The position numbers and the translations under genes were made by a program. From contig JBCCYL010000017.1 in the NCBI GenBank assembly GCA_039189765.1, positions 1 through 64,000 of the forward strand: a stretch of 64,000 bases of DNA. Reading direction: 5' to 3'. Under the pieces are notes generated by a model. That model worked only from the letters and a program-made list of their open reading frames with translations. It was not told where the DNA came from and made no database searches. Of the stretch, positions 48,257-58,969 are shown one piece after another. Within the stretch, counting starts at the first letter, position 1, and each line of letters opens with the position of its first letter. The stretch comes from Cyanobacteria bacterium P01_F01_bin.150 (lineage in GTDB: Bacteria; Cyanobacteriota; Cyanobacteriia; CAKZMO01).

Positions 48257-49399
48257 ATGTCAGAACAGATCTACACCAACTACCGCTTACAGTTACCCAA
48301 CGAGGAAATCATTGGCACCCTAGTCGTGCGAGATGGGGCGATCGCCGATATCCAACCGGGCACCGTCAACCAAGGTCAGGACGGCAACGGTGACTATCTT
48401 CTGCCAGGATTGGTAGAGCTACATACCGATAACTTTGAGAAGTGTATCTCCCCTCGGCCCAAGGTTACTTGGCCGTTGGATATCGCTGCCGTCCACCATG
48501 ATCGCGATTTGGCCTCAGCAGGGATTACCACAGTGTGTGATGCCATTTCTATTGGTGACTTGACCCCAAACGAGTCCTCCATCCGACTAACCCAGTTTAG
48601 TCCCATGATCGATACCCTCCATCACAGTCAGGAAGTGGGACGATTTAGTGTGGATCATAAACTTCATCTACGCTGTGAATTGGGCTACGAAGACACCTTT
48701 GGCTTCACTAAGCGCTATGCTGACCACCCCTTGCTCAAGCTGATTTCGCTGATGGACCACACTCCTGGTCAGCGTCAGTTTGTCAAGATTGAAAAGTATA
48801 AAGAGTACTACATGGGCAAGCATGGGGTCAGTGCCGAAGATATGGATGGCTTTATCCAGGGGCGATTGGATAACCAAAAGCGCCATGCGGTCAGTAACCG
48901 TCAGCAATTGGTAGAGCTGGCGCAGGCGAAGAATATTACCCTGGCAAGTCACGATGATGCCACACCGGATCATGTGCAAGAAGCGATTGGCGAAGGGGTG
49001 GCGATCGCCGAATTCCCCACTACGTTAGATGCCGCCAAAGAAGCCCATAGCAATGGTCTTCAGGTACTGATGGGTGCGCCCAACTTAATTCTAGGGGGAT
49101 CCCACTCTGGCAACATTTCCGCCATGGACTTAGTGGAGCTAGATTTGATTGACATTATTTCCTCGGATTATGTGCCCCAAAGTTTGGTGCAGGCGATGTT
49201 CTTGATTACGGCTCACCGGGATATTCCGATTTACGAAGCCATGCGGTTGTTTACGATTAATCCGGCCAGGGCGATCGGTTTGGAGGGCGATCGCGGCAGT
49301 TTAGAAGTGGGCAAACGGGCTGACTTGATTACCCTACATCATGACGGAGCAGTCGCTCGGCTCACATCAGTTGTAAGCCAAGGAAAGCGAGTTGCCTAA
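48257..49399 (+). CDS. phnM: Ribose-1-methylphosphonate-5-triphosphate diphosphatase PhnM
   Basis: PGLVELHTDN, MDHTPGQRQF, ASHDD, GAPN..GGSHSGN, SSDY. Confidence 0.95.
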   Translation: MSEQIYTNYRLQLPNEEIIGTLVVRDGAIADIQPGTVNQGQDGNGDYLLPGLVELHTDNFEKCISPRPKVTWPLDIAAVHHDRDLASAGITTVCDAISIGDLTPNESSIRLTQFSPMIDTLHHSQEVGRFSVDHKLHLRCELGYEDTFGFTKRYADHPLLKLISLMDHTPGQRQFVKIEKYKEYYMGKHGVSAEDMDGFIQGRLDNQKRHAVSNRQQLVELAQAKNITLASHDDATPDHVQEAIGEGVAIAEFPTTLDAAKEAHSNGLQVLMGAPNLILGGSHSGNISAMDLVELDLIDIISSDYVPQSLVQAMFLITAHRDIPIYEAMRLFTINPARAIGLEGDRGSLEVGKRADLITLHHDGAVARLTSVVSQGKRVA

Positions 49400-50568
49400 T
49401 GGAACATCAACCCACAAAACTAGCGCTTCAAGGTGCCAATGTTTTAATCCCAACGGGATGGTTAGAGGACGCCACTGTTTTGGTGGAAGACGGTCGATTT
49501 GTGTCGGTGGATCAGGCGGCTAAGCCCAGTGGCTATGTTTCGCTAGATGTGAGTGGTGTGCAAATGCTGCCTGGATTGGTGGATATTCATGGGGATGCCT
49601 TTGAGCGGATGATTTGTCCTCGTCCTTCAACGACGTTGCCGATGAGTATGGCCCTATTGGAAAACGATCGCGCCCTATTAGCAGCCGGGATCACCACCTT
49701 CTTTTACTCTATTACCGATTCCTTTGAACCGGGATTGCGGAGTCGGGAAATGGCGCGATCGCTCATCAATCACATCACCATTCCCGAAACCCTGGCCCAA
49801 TTGGGACTCAAGGTAGACAGCCGCATTCATATTCGTCATGAGCAGGCCAATACGGCTGGGCATGATGAGTTGTGTCAGTGGCTGGAATCGAGGCAAGTGA
49901 CGCTGCTATCCCTTAATAATCATTTGCCGGACACCTTAAATATTCAAACTAATCAGCGTTACATAAAAAAACTCCACAAGCGAGTCACCATGACCGACGC
50001 AGATATTCAGGCAATGCTGGAAGCAGCCTTTGCCCGTCAAGATGAGGGATTGGTTCAGGCAGATGAGTTGGTGCAACATTGTCATCGGCTTGGTATTCCG
50101 GTGGCCTCCCATGATGATGAAACGGAAGTCGATGTGGTCAAGAGTCGGGATCGAGGAATAGCGATCGCCGAATTTCCCGCAGAGATTCCCCTTGCGGAAC
50201 AATCCCGTGCTTACGGTGCTGCTGTCTTGATGGGTGCGCCCAACCTAGTACGCGGTGGCTCTCATGTGGGCTACATGAGTGTGGCGGAAGCGGCCCAGGC
50301 CCAAGTGCTCGACTGCCTCTGTTCCGATTACCACTATCCCTCATTATTCCACGCGCCGTTCTTGCTGGCAGACAAGGGACTGATGTCTTTTGAGCAAGCC
50401 TGGAAATGTGTGTCGGAAACTCCGGCCAATGCGGCGAAAATTGGCGATCGCAAAGGCAAAATCACCCCCGGTCACGACGCCGATTTTCTGCTTCTGCGTC
50501 CAGAGAATTCTTTACCCAGTGCTATTCAGTCAGTCTATGTTGGTGGTCAGCAAGTGGCCAGGTTTTAA
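49399..50568 (+). CDS. phnM: Second PhnM-like amidohydrolase
   Basis: PGLVDIHGDAFE, ASHDD, GAPNLVRGGSH, CSDY. Confidence 0.85.
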   Translation: MEHQPTKLALQGANVLIPTGWLEDATVLVEDGRFVSVDQAAKPSGYVSLDVSGVQMLPGLVDIHGDAFERMICPRPSTTLPMSMALLENDRALLAAGITTFFYSITDSFEPGLRSREMARSLINHITIPETLAQLGLKVDSRIHIRHEQANTAGHDELCQWLESRQVTLLSLNNHLPDTLNIQTNQRYIKKLHKRVTMTDADIQAMLEAAFARQDEGLVQADELVQHCHRLGIPVASHDDETEVDVVKSRDRGIAIAEFPAEIPLAEQSRAYGAAVLMGAPNLVRGGSHVGYMSVAEAAQAQVLDCLCSDYHYPSLFHAPFLLADKGLMSFEQAWKCVSETPANAAKIGDRKGKITPGHDADFLLLRPENSLPSAIQSVYVGGQQVARF

Positions 50569-50569
50569 T

Positions 50570-50786
50570 AAGGCAGAAGGCAGAAGGCAGAAGGCAGAAG
50601 GCAGAAGGCAGAAGGCAGAAGTGGCGCTCAGATCCCAGGGTTCTAACCAAATCCCCTGATGATCGCCGAACCATTGTCAAGAACCCTGGGATCTAACGCC
50701 CCAACGCCCCAACGCCCCAACGCCCCAACGCCCCAACTCCAATCCAAAATCCAAAATCCAAAATCCAAAATCCAAAATCTAAAATC
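50570..50786. repeat. STRR block: (AAGGCAG)7, (AACGCCCC)5, (AATCCAA)5-6
   Basis: Direct reading; similar arrays at 43133..43233 and 44238..44295. Confidence 0.95.
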
Positions 50787-50789
50787 ACC

Positions 50790-51341
50790 ATGTCTACTAT
50801 TTTTGAATTGATTACGCTCTATGGCGATCGCGGTCTCGCCCAATACGGAGGCGAAGCCGTCAGCCAATTGGAACATGCTCTCCAGTGCGCAACTTTAGCG
50901 GAAAAATCAGGAGAATCAGCAGCATTGATTACCGCGTGTTTGCTCCATGATTTAGGGCATTTAGTACATCACCTAGGCGACGATGTAGCCAAACGGGGCA
51001 TTGATGATCACCATGAATACCGAGCCATCCCTGTGCTAGAAGACGTGTTTCCAGAAGCGATTACCACGCCTATTCGACTCCACGTTGCCGCCAAGCGCTA
51101 CCTTTGTGCAGTGGATAAAGGCTATTGGGATGAGTTATCTCCAGCCTCAAAGTTGAGCTTAGAGCTGCAAGGGGGAATTTTTGCGGAGAAGGCGGCGGAG
51201 CAATTTATTCAACAGCCCTATGCCGAAGATGCAGTCAAGCTGCGTCGCTGGGATGATCTGGCAAAAGACCCTGACCAAAAGACCCCTGACTTGGACCATT
51301 TTCTGCCCATTTTGCAGCAAGCCTGTCGAGTCGCGGTTTAA
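50790..51341 (+). CDS. phnZ: HD-domain phosphonate oxygenase PhnZ-like
   Basis: YGGEAVSQLEHALQCA, LLHDLGH, HVAAKRYL, SLELQGG, LRRWDD.AK. Confidence 0.88.
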   Translation: MSTIFELITLYGDRGLAQYGGEAVSQLEHALQCATLAEKSGESAALITACLLHDLGHLVHHLGDDVAKRGIDDHHEYRAIPVLEDVFPEAITTPIRLHVAAKRYLCAVDKGYWDELSPASKLSLELQGGIFAEKAAEQFIQQPYAEDAVKLRRWDDLAKDPDQKTPDLDHFLPILQQACRVAV

Positions 51342-51388
51342 GCGATCGCCTTGATTCCTACTCCCGTTCCTTACTTTAGCGTTGTCCC

Positions 51389-52213
51389 ATGACACTCATT
51401 GCTCAAATCAGCGATCTCCATGTCCAAACGCCGGGGGCACTGGCTTACGGTGTAGTTGATACCAATTCCTTAGTGGAAACTGCTATTGCCCATCTTAACC
51501 AGCTCAGCCCCCAGCCGGATTTAGTGGTAGCCACGGGGGATTTAGTCCAGAAGGGAACCGTGGCTAACTATCAACAATTGAAGGGCATCCTGACCCACCT
51601 CCGCGCCCCAATTTACCTTATGCCTGGGAACCATGATCAGGGCACGAACCTAAAACAGGTCTTTCCTGATCATCCATATCTGTTTAGGGAAACCGATCAC
51701 CTCAGCTATGTTGTGGATGACTATCCCATCCGCATGATTATGCTGGACAATGCATTGCCTGGGAAAAAGGCGGGCGGTCTGGATGAGCAGCGATTCATTT
51801 GGTTAGAGGCTCAATTGGAGAAATCACCGCAAACGCCGACCCTGATTTTTATGCATCACCCCCCATTTAGCACGGGTATTCCTTGGATGGATCGCCGCCA
51901 TGCCGAAAAGAGTGATGCCTTAGCAACTCTGGTGTCCCAGTATCCCCAGATTGAACGGGTGAGTTGTGGGCATCTGCACCGGGGAATCTATCGCCGTTGG
52001 GCGGGAACGATTGCCAGCACTCAACCCAGCTTGGTGCATCAAGGGGGCTTGGACCTGCGGTCTGCGGCTAGTCAGTTTGTGATGGAACCTCCTGCGTATC
52101 AGCTTCATATTTGGAAAGATAAATGTCTGATTTCCCATACGGTTTTTGTTGGGGATTTTGATGGCCCCTATCGGTTTTCTGATGGGCAAAAAGTAACGGT
52201 AGCAATATCTTGA
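51389..52213 (+). CDS. Metallophosphoesterase (CpdA/Icc-like cyclic phosphodiesterase)
   Basis: SDLH, TGDL, PGNHD, MHHPP, GHLH. Confidence 0.9.
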   Translation: MTLIAQISDLHVQTPGALAYGVVDTNSLVETAIAHLNQLSPQPDLVVATGDLVQKGTVANYQQLKGILTHLRAPIYLMPGNHDQGTNLKQVFPDHPYLFRETDHLSYVVDDYPIRMIMLDNALPGKKAGGLDEQRFIWLEAQLEKSPQTPTLIFMHHPPFSTGIPWMDRRHAEKSDALATLVSQYPQIERVSCGHLHRGIYRRWAGTIASTQPSLVHQGGLDLRSAASQFVMEPPAYQLHIWKDKCLISHTVFVGDFDGPYRFSDGQKVTVAIS

Positions 52214-52287
52214 AATGACTTTTTATATGCAGCTTTGTGTTGCGATAACCCTCAACAAATATTAATTTAAACAACACTTTTTCAGGA

Positions 52288-52317
52288 TTTAACCGATGCA
52301 TAATTAAGCGTTAACCC
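52288..52317 (+). promoter_or_regulatory. Probable Pho box upstream of phnD
   Basis: TTAACC (52289), ATAATT (52300), TTAACC (52311); 11-bp period. Confidence 0.55.
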
Positions 52318-52390
52318 ACTGCCCCACCCTTTTCAGGTAGGTTAAGGGCGATATTAAATTCGCGCCCTGTTACTCCATTTGGTAGTCGCT

Positions 52391-53290
52391 ATGAAACGAC
52401 GTTCTTTCTTTCAATCTGTTGCACTTTTTTCTGTAGGGTTGGCGATCGCCGCCTGCACAACACCTCAACAAGCGACCAGCGATTTAACTCCCGAAACGAT
52501 CAAGTTTGCAGTAACCGATGTTAAAGGAATGGAAGAGCTACAGCGGGACTACGAACCGTTCCGCAATGCCTTAACTGAAAGTCTTGGCAAAGAGGTTGAG
52601 TTTTTTCCCGTTGCGGATCGCACGGCTGCTGCGGTTGCGTTGCAATCTGACCAAGTGGATGTGGTTTTGACGGGGCCTGCTGAGTATGTAGTGGTTCGGG
52701 CCAAGGCTAATGTGGTGCCGTTTGTGGCGATTACTCGTCCCAATTATCGTTCCGTTATTGCGGTTCAACCTGATAGCGAAATTAGTGCGGTCAGCGAACT
52801 CAAAGGCAAAACCATTGCCATGTCTGACTTGGGGTCCACCAGTGGTCAGCTTGGTCCTACCAAAATTTTAGTTGATGGTGGGATTCAGCCCGAAGGCGAT
52901 ATGGAAATTTTGATGCTAGGCGATACTGATTTGCAAGCGTTCAAAAATGGTGAGACCGATGCCTGGGGCGGGGCAGCTCTAGACTATGAGCGTTTCTTAG
53001 AGGCTGAAGGCTTGAAGGAAGCTGATTTCCCTTTGATTGAAACCGGTCCGTTGCTTCCCAGTGATGTATTCGTTGTCAGCAGTTCCTTGGCCCCGGAGTT
53101 TGTGGACGAGCTAAAGCAGTCCATGATCGATAACCAAGACAAGCTCATCGATGCCATTATTTCGGTGGATGCCAACAAGAAATACACTGGCTCTGAAATT
53201 GTCGAGGTACAGGATTCTGATTATGACTCCATTCGTGAGGCCTATCAGGCAATCGGTATTAACGACTTCACTGAGTTTGTCGGTGACTAG
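52391..53290 (+). CDS. phnD: Phosphonate ABC substrate-binding lipoprotein
   Basis: Lipobox IAAC; GPAEYV; GSTSG; upstream of phnC/phnE. Confidence 0.88.
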   Translation: MKRRSFFQSVALFSVGLAIAACTTPQQATSDLTPETIKFAVTDVKGMEELQRDYEPFRNALTESLGKEVEFFPVADRTAAAVALQSDQVDVVLTGPAEYVVVRAKANVVPFVAITRPNYRSVIAVQPDSEISAVSELKGKTIAMSDLGSTSGQLGPTKILVDGGIQPEGDMEILMLGDTDLQAFKNGETDAWGGAALDYERFLEAEGLKEADFPLIETGPLLPSDVFVVSSSLAPEFVDELKQSMIDNQDKLIDAIISVDANKKYTGSEIVEVQDSDYDSIREAYQAIGINDFTEFVGD

Positions 53291-53561
53291 TTGCCCCATT
53301 CCCTAACCCCCTTCCAAGAGGGGGAATCGGAACATGGCAGAAGACCCTATCGATCTCCGGTTCCCCTCCTTGGATGGGCTAGGGATGGATTAGGCGGGGC
53401 TTAACGCAGGATCTAAAAACTGCATGAATAAATTCCGTCAATGTTCAAAATGAACAGTCTAGGTATTTGCCCACTTTCCTTCTTAAGTCCCCGTCTCCAA
53501 CTGGAAACCAAGCATTTCGGACTCTGGCGTTGAGCAATAGCCCTTAATTTTTCACTAATTT

Positions 53562-54338
53562 ATGCTTTCATTAGCGGTTGACCACCTATCAAAAATCTAT
53601 GCCAATGGCACCGTTGCCCTCAAGGATGTCAGCTTTAGCGCCCAGCCAGGAGAAGCCATCGTTTTGCTGGGTTCCAACGGCTCTGGTAAATCCACACTGC
53701 TACGGTGCTTGGTGGGACTGGAAACGCCTTCCAGTGGCACTATTTACATGGGTGATGCGGCGATCGCCACCGCCACTCCTCACCAATTACGAACCTTACG
53801 ACGACAAGTTGGCATCGTATTCCAGCGGTTCAACTTGGTCTCTAGCTTGAGTGCATTCCATAATGTGTTGCAAGGCTCCCTGGGTCGAAGTAAAGGACCT
53901 CAGTACTGGTTTCCGGCAACCGCTCCGCAGTATGAGCGGGACCGAGTGATGCAGTGTTTGGCGCGAGTAAATCTGGCTCATGTGGCTCAACAACGAGTAG
54001 ATACTCTGTCGGGGGGACAACAACAACGGGTGGCGATCGCCCGCATGTTGATGCAAGATCCCAGTCTGCTGCTAGTGGATGAACCCGTCGCCAGCCTTGA
54101 CCCCAAATCTGGCAGAGAAGCAATGGATTTGCTTTGGGACATCGTGCGAGAACGTCAGCTCACTGTGATTTGTACCCTTCACCAACTGGAGCTTGCCAAA
54201 GACTACGCCGATCGCATTATCGGATTGCGAGAGGGAGAAATTCAGATCGATGCCCCCACCCACCAGATAACTGACCATGAATTAAGCTGGCTCTATGAAT
54301 CATCCCAGACCACCGCTTCGATCGAGACCCCAGTCTGA
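53562..54338 (+). CDS. phnC: Phosphonate ABC ATPase
   Basis: GSNGSGKS, LSGGQQQRVAIAR, DEPVASLDP. Confidence 0.92.
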   Translation: MLSLAVDHLSKIYANGTVALKDVSFSAQPGEAIVLLGSNGSGKSTLLRCLVGLETPSSGTIYMGDAAIATATPHQLRTLRRQVGIVFQRFNLVSSLSAFHNVLQGSLGRSKGPQYWFPATAPQYERDRVMQCLARVNLAHVAQQRVDTLSGGQQQRVAIARMLMQDPSLLLVDEPVASLDPKSGREAMDLLWDIVRERQLTVICTLHQLELAKDYADRIIGLREGEIQIDAPTHQITDHELSWLYESSQTTASIETPV

Positions 54339-55149
54339 GCTAAAGTCGTTTCCTCACCTTGTTCCCCCGCGCTGGCGTAAGCCATCCCCATTGATATTTG
54401 TGGGCTTAATCGTGGGTGCAGCTTTCTTTTTTCATGGCCTGTGGATTAGTGAACTCACCCCCCTCCGTATCTGGCAAGGCTTTTCCCGTCTCTGGAATTT
54501 TCTAGACAAAGCCATTCCCCCCGATCCCAGTCGTCTCGGCAGCGTTATCCAAGCCACATTGGAAACCTTTGAGATGGCCCTGGTGGGAACCGTATTTGGC
54601 GCAGTGCTGAGTCTGCCTCTGGCTATCTTTGCCGCCAAGAACACCACGCCGCATCGATTCATCTTTACACTGACCCGGAGCTTTGTGACCCTGCTGCGCG
54701 TGATTCCAGATTTGATTTGGGGACTGATTTTTATTATTGTGGTGGGCCTGGGACCCGCCGCTGGCATTATGGCCTTGACCGCAGACACCATGGGATTCTG
54801 TGGCAAGTTTTTTGCTGAACGTATCGAAGAAATCGAACCAGGTCCAGTAGAAGCCTTGAGAGCCATTGGTGCCTCCGAACCCAGCATTATCGTCGGGGCA
54901 ATTTTCCCCGCCACTTTGCCGTCCTTTGTGGCTTCAACGCTATTTGCCCTAGAATCCTCCGTCCGCTCAGCCGTGGTGTTGGGTCTGGTGGGGGCTGGGG
55001 GAATCGGGGTCGAGCTGTCCACATCCATGCAGCTTCTTCGTTATGACGAAGCCTTTATGGTAATTATCGTTATTTTTATCGTGGTCTTGGTGGTGGAACA
55101 GGTCTCCAGCTTTATTCGCAGAACCATTATTGGAGGGAAGAATTTATGA
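54295..55149 (+). CDS. phnE: Phosphonate ABC permease
   Basis: ETFEMA, RVIPDLIW, GKFFAE.IE, GLVGAGGIG. Confidence 0.92.
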   Translation: MNHPRPPLRSRPQSELKSFPHLVPPRWRKPSPLIFVGLIVGAAFFFHGLWISELTPLRIWQGFSRLWNFLDKAIPPDPSRLGSVIQATLETFEMALVGTVFGAVLSLPLAIFAAKNTTPHRFIFTLTRSFVTLLRVIPDLIWGLIFIIVVGLGPAAGIMALTADTMGFCGKFFAERIEEIEPGPVEALRAIGASEPSIIVGAIFPATLPSFVASTLFALESSVRSAVVLGLVGAGGIGVELSTSMQLLRYDEAFMVIIVIFIVVLVVEQVSSFIRRTIIGGKNL

Positions 55150-55823
55150 GCGACACCATGAGCAATACGGCAACGGCCCATTTGACCTGGGATCAGCGAT
55201 GGCAAACAGAAGCGGGCCGAGAAGATTGGTTGGCACCAGAACCGGATGTTGTCGATTTTTCCACCAAACTATCCACTCAACTCCCTGAGCAAGGTCCAAA
55301 ACGAGCCTTGGATTTAGGCTGTGGAGTAGGCCGTCATGCGATTCATTTGGCTCGATTGGGATTTGAGGTCTCTGGCCTGGATGGGAGTGCGGCAGGATTA
55401 GAATTTGCTGCGCAAACGGCCCAGGAGCAAGGCGTCTCCATTGACTTTACCCATGGCTCCATGGAAGAGCTTCCCTATCCCGATCAGTCGTTTGATTATG
55501 TATTGGCGTTTAATGTGATTTACCATGGCGATCGCCTTGTGGTCTCCCGCTGCATCCAAGCCATCCACCGTGTCCTCAAGCCCGGAGGATTTTTCCAGGG
55601 AACCATGTTGTCCAAGCGGAATCAGAACTACGGCAAAGGCACGGAAATTTCAGCCAATACCTTTGTCGATGCGAATAATGATGATAAAGACCATCCCCAT
55701 TTCTATTGCAATGCTTTAGAACTTTGTGAGCTATTTCAAAATTTTGAACTCCTAAGTTTGCATGACCAGGTGCATAAGAAACCTAATTCCTGGCACTGGC
55801 ATTTAGTCGCTGAACGATTGTAA
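55146..55823 (+). CDS. Class I SAM-dependent methyltransferase
   Basis: LDLGCGVGRH, SFDYV, RVLKPGG; overlaps the phnE stop (ATGA). Confidence 0.9.
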   Translation: MSDTMSNTATAHLTWDQRWQTEAGREDWLAPEPDVVDFSTKLSTQLPEQGPKRALDLGCGVGRHAIHLARLGFEVSGLDGSAAGLEFAAQTAQEQGVSIDFTHGSMEELPYPDQSFDYVLAFNVIYHGDRLVVSRCIQAIHRVLKPGGFFQGTMLSKRNQNYGKGTEISANTFVDANNDDKDHPHFYCNALELCELFQNFELLSLHDQVHKKPNSWHWHLVAERL

Positions 55824-55873
55824 ATACTGAACTCCTATAAATATGCTCTTCTTCCTCTCTTTGGTGATTGATC

Positions 55874-56413
55874 ATGTCCCACGTTGTTTCAGTAAGCAAG
55901 AGTTCATCCCACACTTTCTCTAAAGAACCTGTCAATGAAATTTGCTTAATTGAAGGGCAAGGCGTTGAAGGCGATGCCCACAAAGGAGTGACGGTAAAGC
56001 ATCGGTCAAGAGTCAAGGCCGATCCGACTCAGCCCAATTTGAGACAGGTCCATTTGATTCATGTGGAACTGATTTATGAGTTGCAAGGCAAAGGATTCCA
56101 GGTACAACCCGCCACCATGGGGGAAAATATTACAACTGAGGGAATCGACCTGTTGTCGCTTCCCAGAGATACCCTCTTAAGGATTGGGCCTGAGGCCGTG
56201 GTTCGAGTCACCGGACTTAGAAATCCGTGCAAGCAATTAAACACTTTTCAAGACGGACTGATGCAGGCGGTGTTGGACAAAGATGCTGAAGGGAATTTAA
56301 TTCGAAAGGCAGGCATAATGTCAGTGGTTGTGGCTGGTGGGCCAGTAAAGCCCGGTGACGATATTGAAGCGATCCTTCCATCGTCTCCCTTTGAGAAACT
56401 GGAACGGGTCTGA
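55874..56413 (+). CDS. MOSC domain protein
   Basis: GVEGDAH, RQVHLI, GENITT, RNPCKQ. Confidence 0.9.
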   Translation: MSHVVSVSKSSSHTFSKEPVNEICLIEGQGVEGDAHKGVTVKHRSRVKADPTQPNLRQVHLIHVELIYELQGKGFQVQPATMGENITTEGIDLLSLPRDTLLRIGPEAVVRVTGLRNPCKQLNTFQDGLMQAVLDKDAEGNLIRKAGIMSVVVAGGPVKPGDDIEAILPSSPFEKLERV

Positions 56414-56438
56414 AGCTTAATGAATTTGAACCTTAGTA

Positions 56439-57620
56439 AGCACCTAGACAAAATTAATTTTATATTCTTCTCCGATGCCATTGAGAACGCGTTCAACATA
56501 TTCTACCAGCGAACTCCAAGATTTATATGCATCAATCTCAATCCAATAATATTTCATGAACTTCCATAACTTCTCAATCAAGTTTAGATGGGGTGAATAG
56601 GTCGGCAAGTAAAATATATGGATACCTCTCTCTGCCCATTCCTGGCTCTTAAAGTAAATTGAGTTGCTTGTATGAATAGACGCATTATCTGCAACGATAA
56701 AAACAGGCTCAGAATGATCTAAAAATAAGGTATCAATGCAATTAATCACAACATCACTATTGATTGTTTGTTCAGATACATATACTTCAAAGTCTAGATT
56801 CTTACGTAAAAAACCAAGAACATTCAGACGTTTTCCCATACAACTTAAAAGATGAACGTATTGACCAATGGGTTGCCAGCCATAAGGGATACAAGGAATT
56901 AGCCCAAAGCCACTTTCATCCATATAATATAGAGATATTTCACCTGCCGCATCTCGTCGCTCTAGCTCCTCTAGCTCTAGCTTTTTCTCTTGATACTCAG
57001 TCTCTAATGGACGACCTGCAGGAGTCCGCCGAAAACGATGCCAGCTCATCCCTAGTCGCTTTATGAGGCGCTTTAGAGTTCTCTTAGATATGGTAATATC
57101 CCATGCTTCTTTGATTTGAGCTAATACTTTATTAAGCTGAATTGGGCTAGCTTGCACCCAGGCATAAATTTGCTCTTCCTGCTCAGATGTAAAGGTTGGG
57201 TTTCGACCTCGACCAGGTTTATCATAAAGGCCTAAAATACCACACTGTTCCCAGCCATTAATCCAATTATAAAGAGTCGGTTTAGTCACAGAAAAGATTG
57301 TGCTTAACTTCGGTATTTTATAGCCTTGCTGAAGAAGAATAAAGAATTGTGCTCGTTGCCTAACCTGATGTTTTTTACTGCTGCGATAGATTCGATTAAG
57401 GAGTCTTAGAGTCTCAGGTGAGATTTCACGGATTAGGATCATCGTATAGCTCAAGTGACAATGCTAACTTTAAGAATAAAACACTTTAATCTCTTTTCGA
57501 TAGATTTCCCTCCTTTGGGCACGTAGCACATATAGTGCGTGTAGCATATGTAGTGCAGAAAGAATTTTAATCTGTCAGATATATACATTTTGGTAGTTTA
57601 ATTATTTATGTCCACCTGCT
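56439..57620 (-). mobile_element. Apparently intact IS630-family element; transposase 56444..57454
   Basis: DESGF, DNASIH, LPTYSPHLNLIE; imperfect TIRs AGCACCTAGACAAAATTAATT / AGCAGGTGGACATAAATAATT flanked by TA at 56437 and 57621. Confidence 0.92.
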
Positions 57621-57752
57621 TATGCGATCGCGTTGATGGAGGGCGATCGCCCCGACGATGTTTCTGGAGTCGAGTTTGTCGCGATCGCTTACACTGGGAT
57701 GGTGAAACGACCTGAGAACACCGTCAATTTGAGTTACACCAGGGAGGCGCGT

Positions 57753-58367
57753 ATGGTTCATGCACCTGTCAGTCAAGCGATGACGTTTGAGGCATTTCTG
57801 GAATGGTATCCAGACGATGGTCGTCGCTACGAACTTATTGAAGGATGTGTAATTGAAATGTTACCAACAGGTCCCCATGAGGATGTCGGAGGATTTTTGG
57901 CGGCGGAACTCAATTTTGCCATTCGGACGCATCAGTTGCCGTACTCAATTCCGCGTACTTGCTTGATTAAACCCCAGGCAGAAGGGGCAGGGTATTTTCC
58001 CAATGTGGCAGTTTTAGATCGAGAGCGATTATCAGATGAACCTCTATGGGCGACTGCCTCTGTGATTCAGAAGGGTTCAACGATTCCCCTTGTGATTGAG
58101 GTTGTCAGTACGAACTGGCGAGACGATTACGGTCACAAGTTTGTCGAGTATGAAGCGATGGGCATTGTCGAGTATTGGATGGTAGATTTTCGCGCATTGG
58201 GAGCAGTCCGCCATATTGGCAAACCCAAACAGCCAACGATTACAGTGTGCCAGATTAAAGATGGCGAATATCAAATGCGTCGCTTTGTGGCTGGGGAGAG
58301 GATTATCTCTGGAGTCTTTTCCCAGTTGAATCTAACAACAGATGCCGTGTTTGCTGCGGCAGGGTAG
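57753..58367 (+). CDS. Uma2 (DUF820) family endonuclease-like protein
   Basis: RYELIEG, LVIEVVS, EYEAMGIVEYWMVD; RBS GGAGG. Confidence 0.9.
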   Translation: MVHAPVSQAMTFEAFLEWYPDDGRRYELIEGCVIEMLPTGPHEDVGGFLAAELNFAIRTHQLPYSIPRTCLIKPQAEGAGYFPNVAVLDRERLSDEPLWATASVIQKGSTIPLVIEVVSTNWRDDYGHKFVEYEAMGIVEYWMVDFRALGAVRHIGKPKQPTITVCQIKDGEYQMRRFVAGERIISGVFSQLNLTTDAVFAAAG

Positions 58368-58438
58368 GCTTTGTTTTTAAGATTGAGGAAGCGATCGCCG
58401 TTTCACCCAGATAACCCAGCATTTGATCTAAACCACCC

Positions 58439-58693
58439 ATGCAACGCAAGCTCACTATCGACATTGACGAACACATTTATGAGGGGCTGTCCCGAATCGT
58501 GAGAGAACAGTCCATTAGTCAATTTATTGAAAATCTGGTACGTCCTTACGTTCTCGACTCTGAGCTGGATTCTGCCTACCGTTCGATGGCAGCGGATGAA
58601 GAGCGTGAAGCAGATGCCTTGGAGTGGTCTGAAGCTCTGATTGGGGATGTCCTGACAGCGGATAGTGATGGTGGAAAGTTGACAGTCAGTTAG
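58439..58693 (+). CDS. Antitoxin-like protein (MazF-partner type)
   Basis: KLTIDIDE..YEGL; AYRSMAADEEREADALEW. Confidence 0.7.
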   Translation: MQRKLTIDIDEHIYEGLSRIVREQSISQFIENLVRPYVLDSELDSAYRSMAADEEREADALEWSEALIGDVLTADSDGGKLTVS

Positions 58694-58755
58694 GCGAATT
58701 AACTCCACAAGAAATGGCAGCAGTGGAAGTTGCCATTAAGGTATAGCTTAGGTTC
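58687..58755 (+). pseudogene. C-terminal remnant of a MazF/PemK-like toxin
   Basis: QLGELTPQEMAAVEVAIKV* directly after the antitoxin, with no N-terminal part. Confidence 0.5.
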
Positions 58756-58969
58756 AGTTAAAGAAGGGCGATCGCTTTGATTGGGGCGATCGATTCCCTC
58801 TCAAAATTGGTCTGAAGCATAGCGATTAGCCCAGTCTATCTATCCAAAAGCACTAATTTCATATTGCTGAAACTGCCTAACGGTGAAGTTGATGGCCAGA
58901 ACCTTGCAATAAAGACTCTGACATGCTACTTTTAGTCATCATTAAATTTACTTTGAGTAACTCCAATCG

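Noticed and set aside
50570..50786. CRISPR array
   Set aside because: Contiguous 7-8-bp tandem repeats without spacers; no cas genes in the window.
43185..55028. Long antisense ORFs (43185..43775, 46683..47294, 54432..55028)
   Set aside because: Shadow frames of well-supported phn genes.
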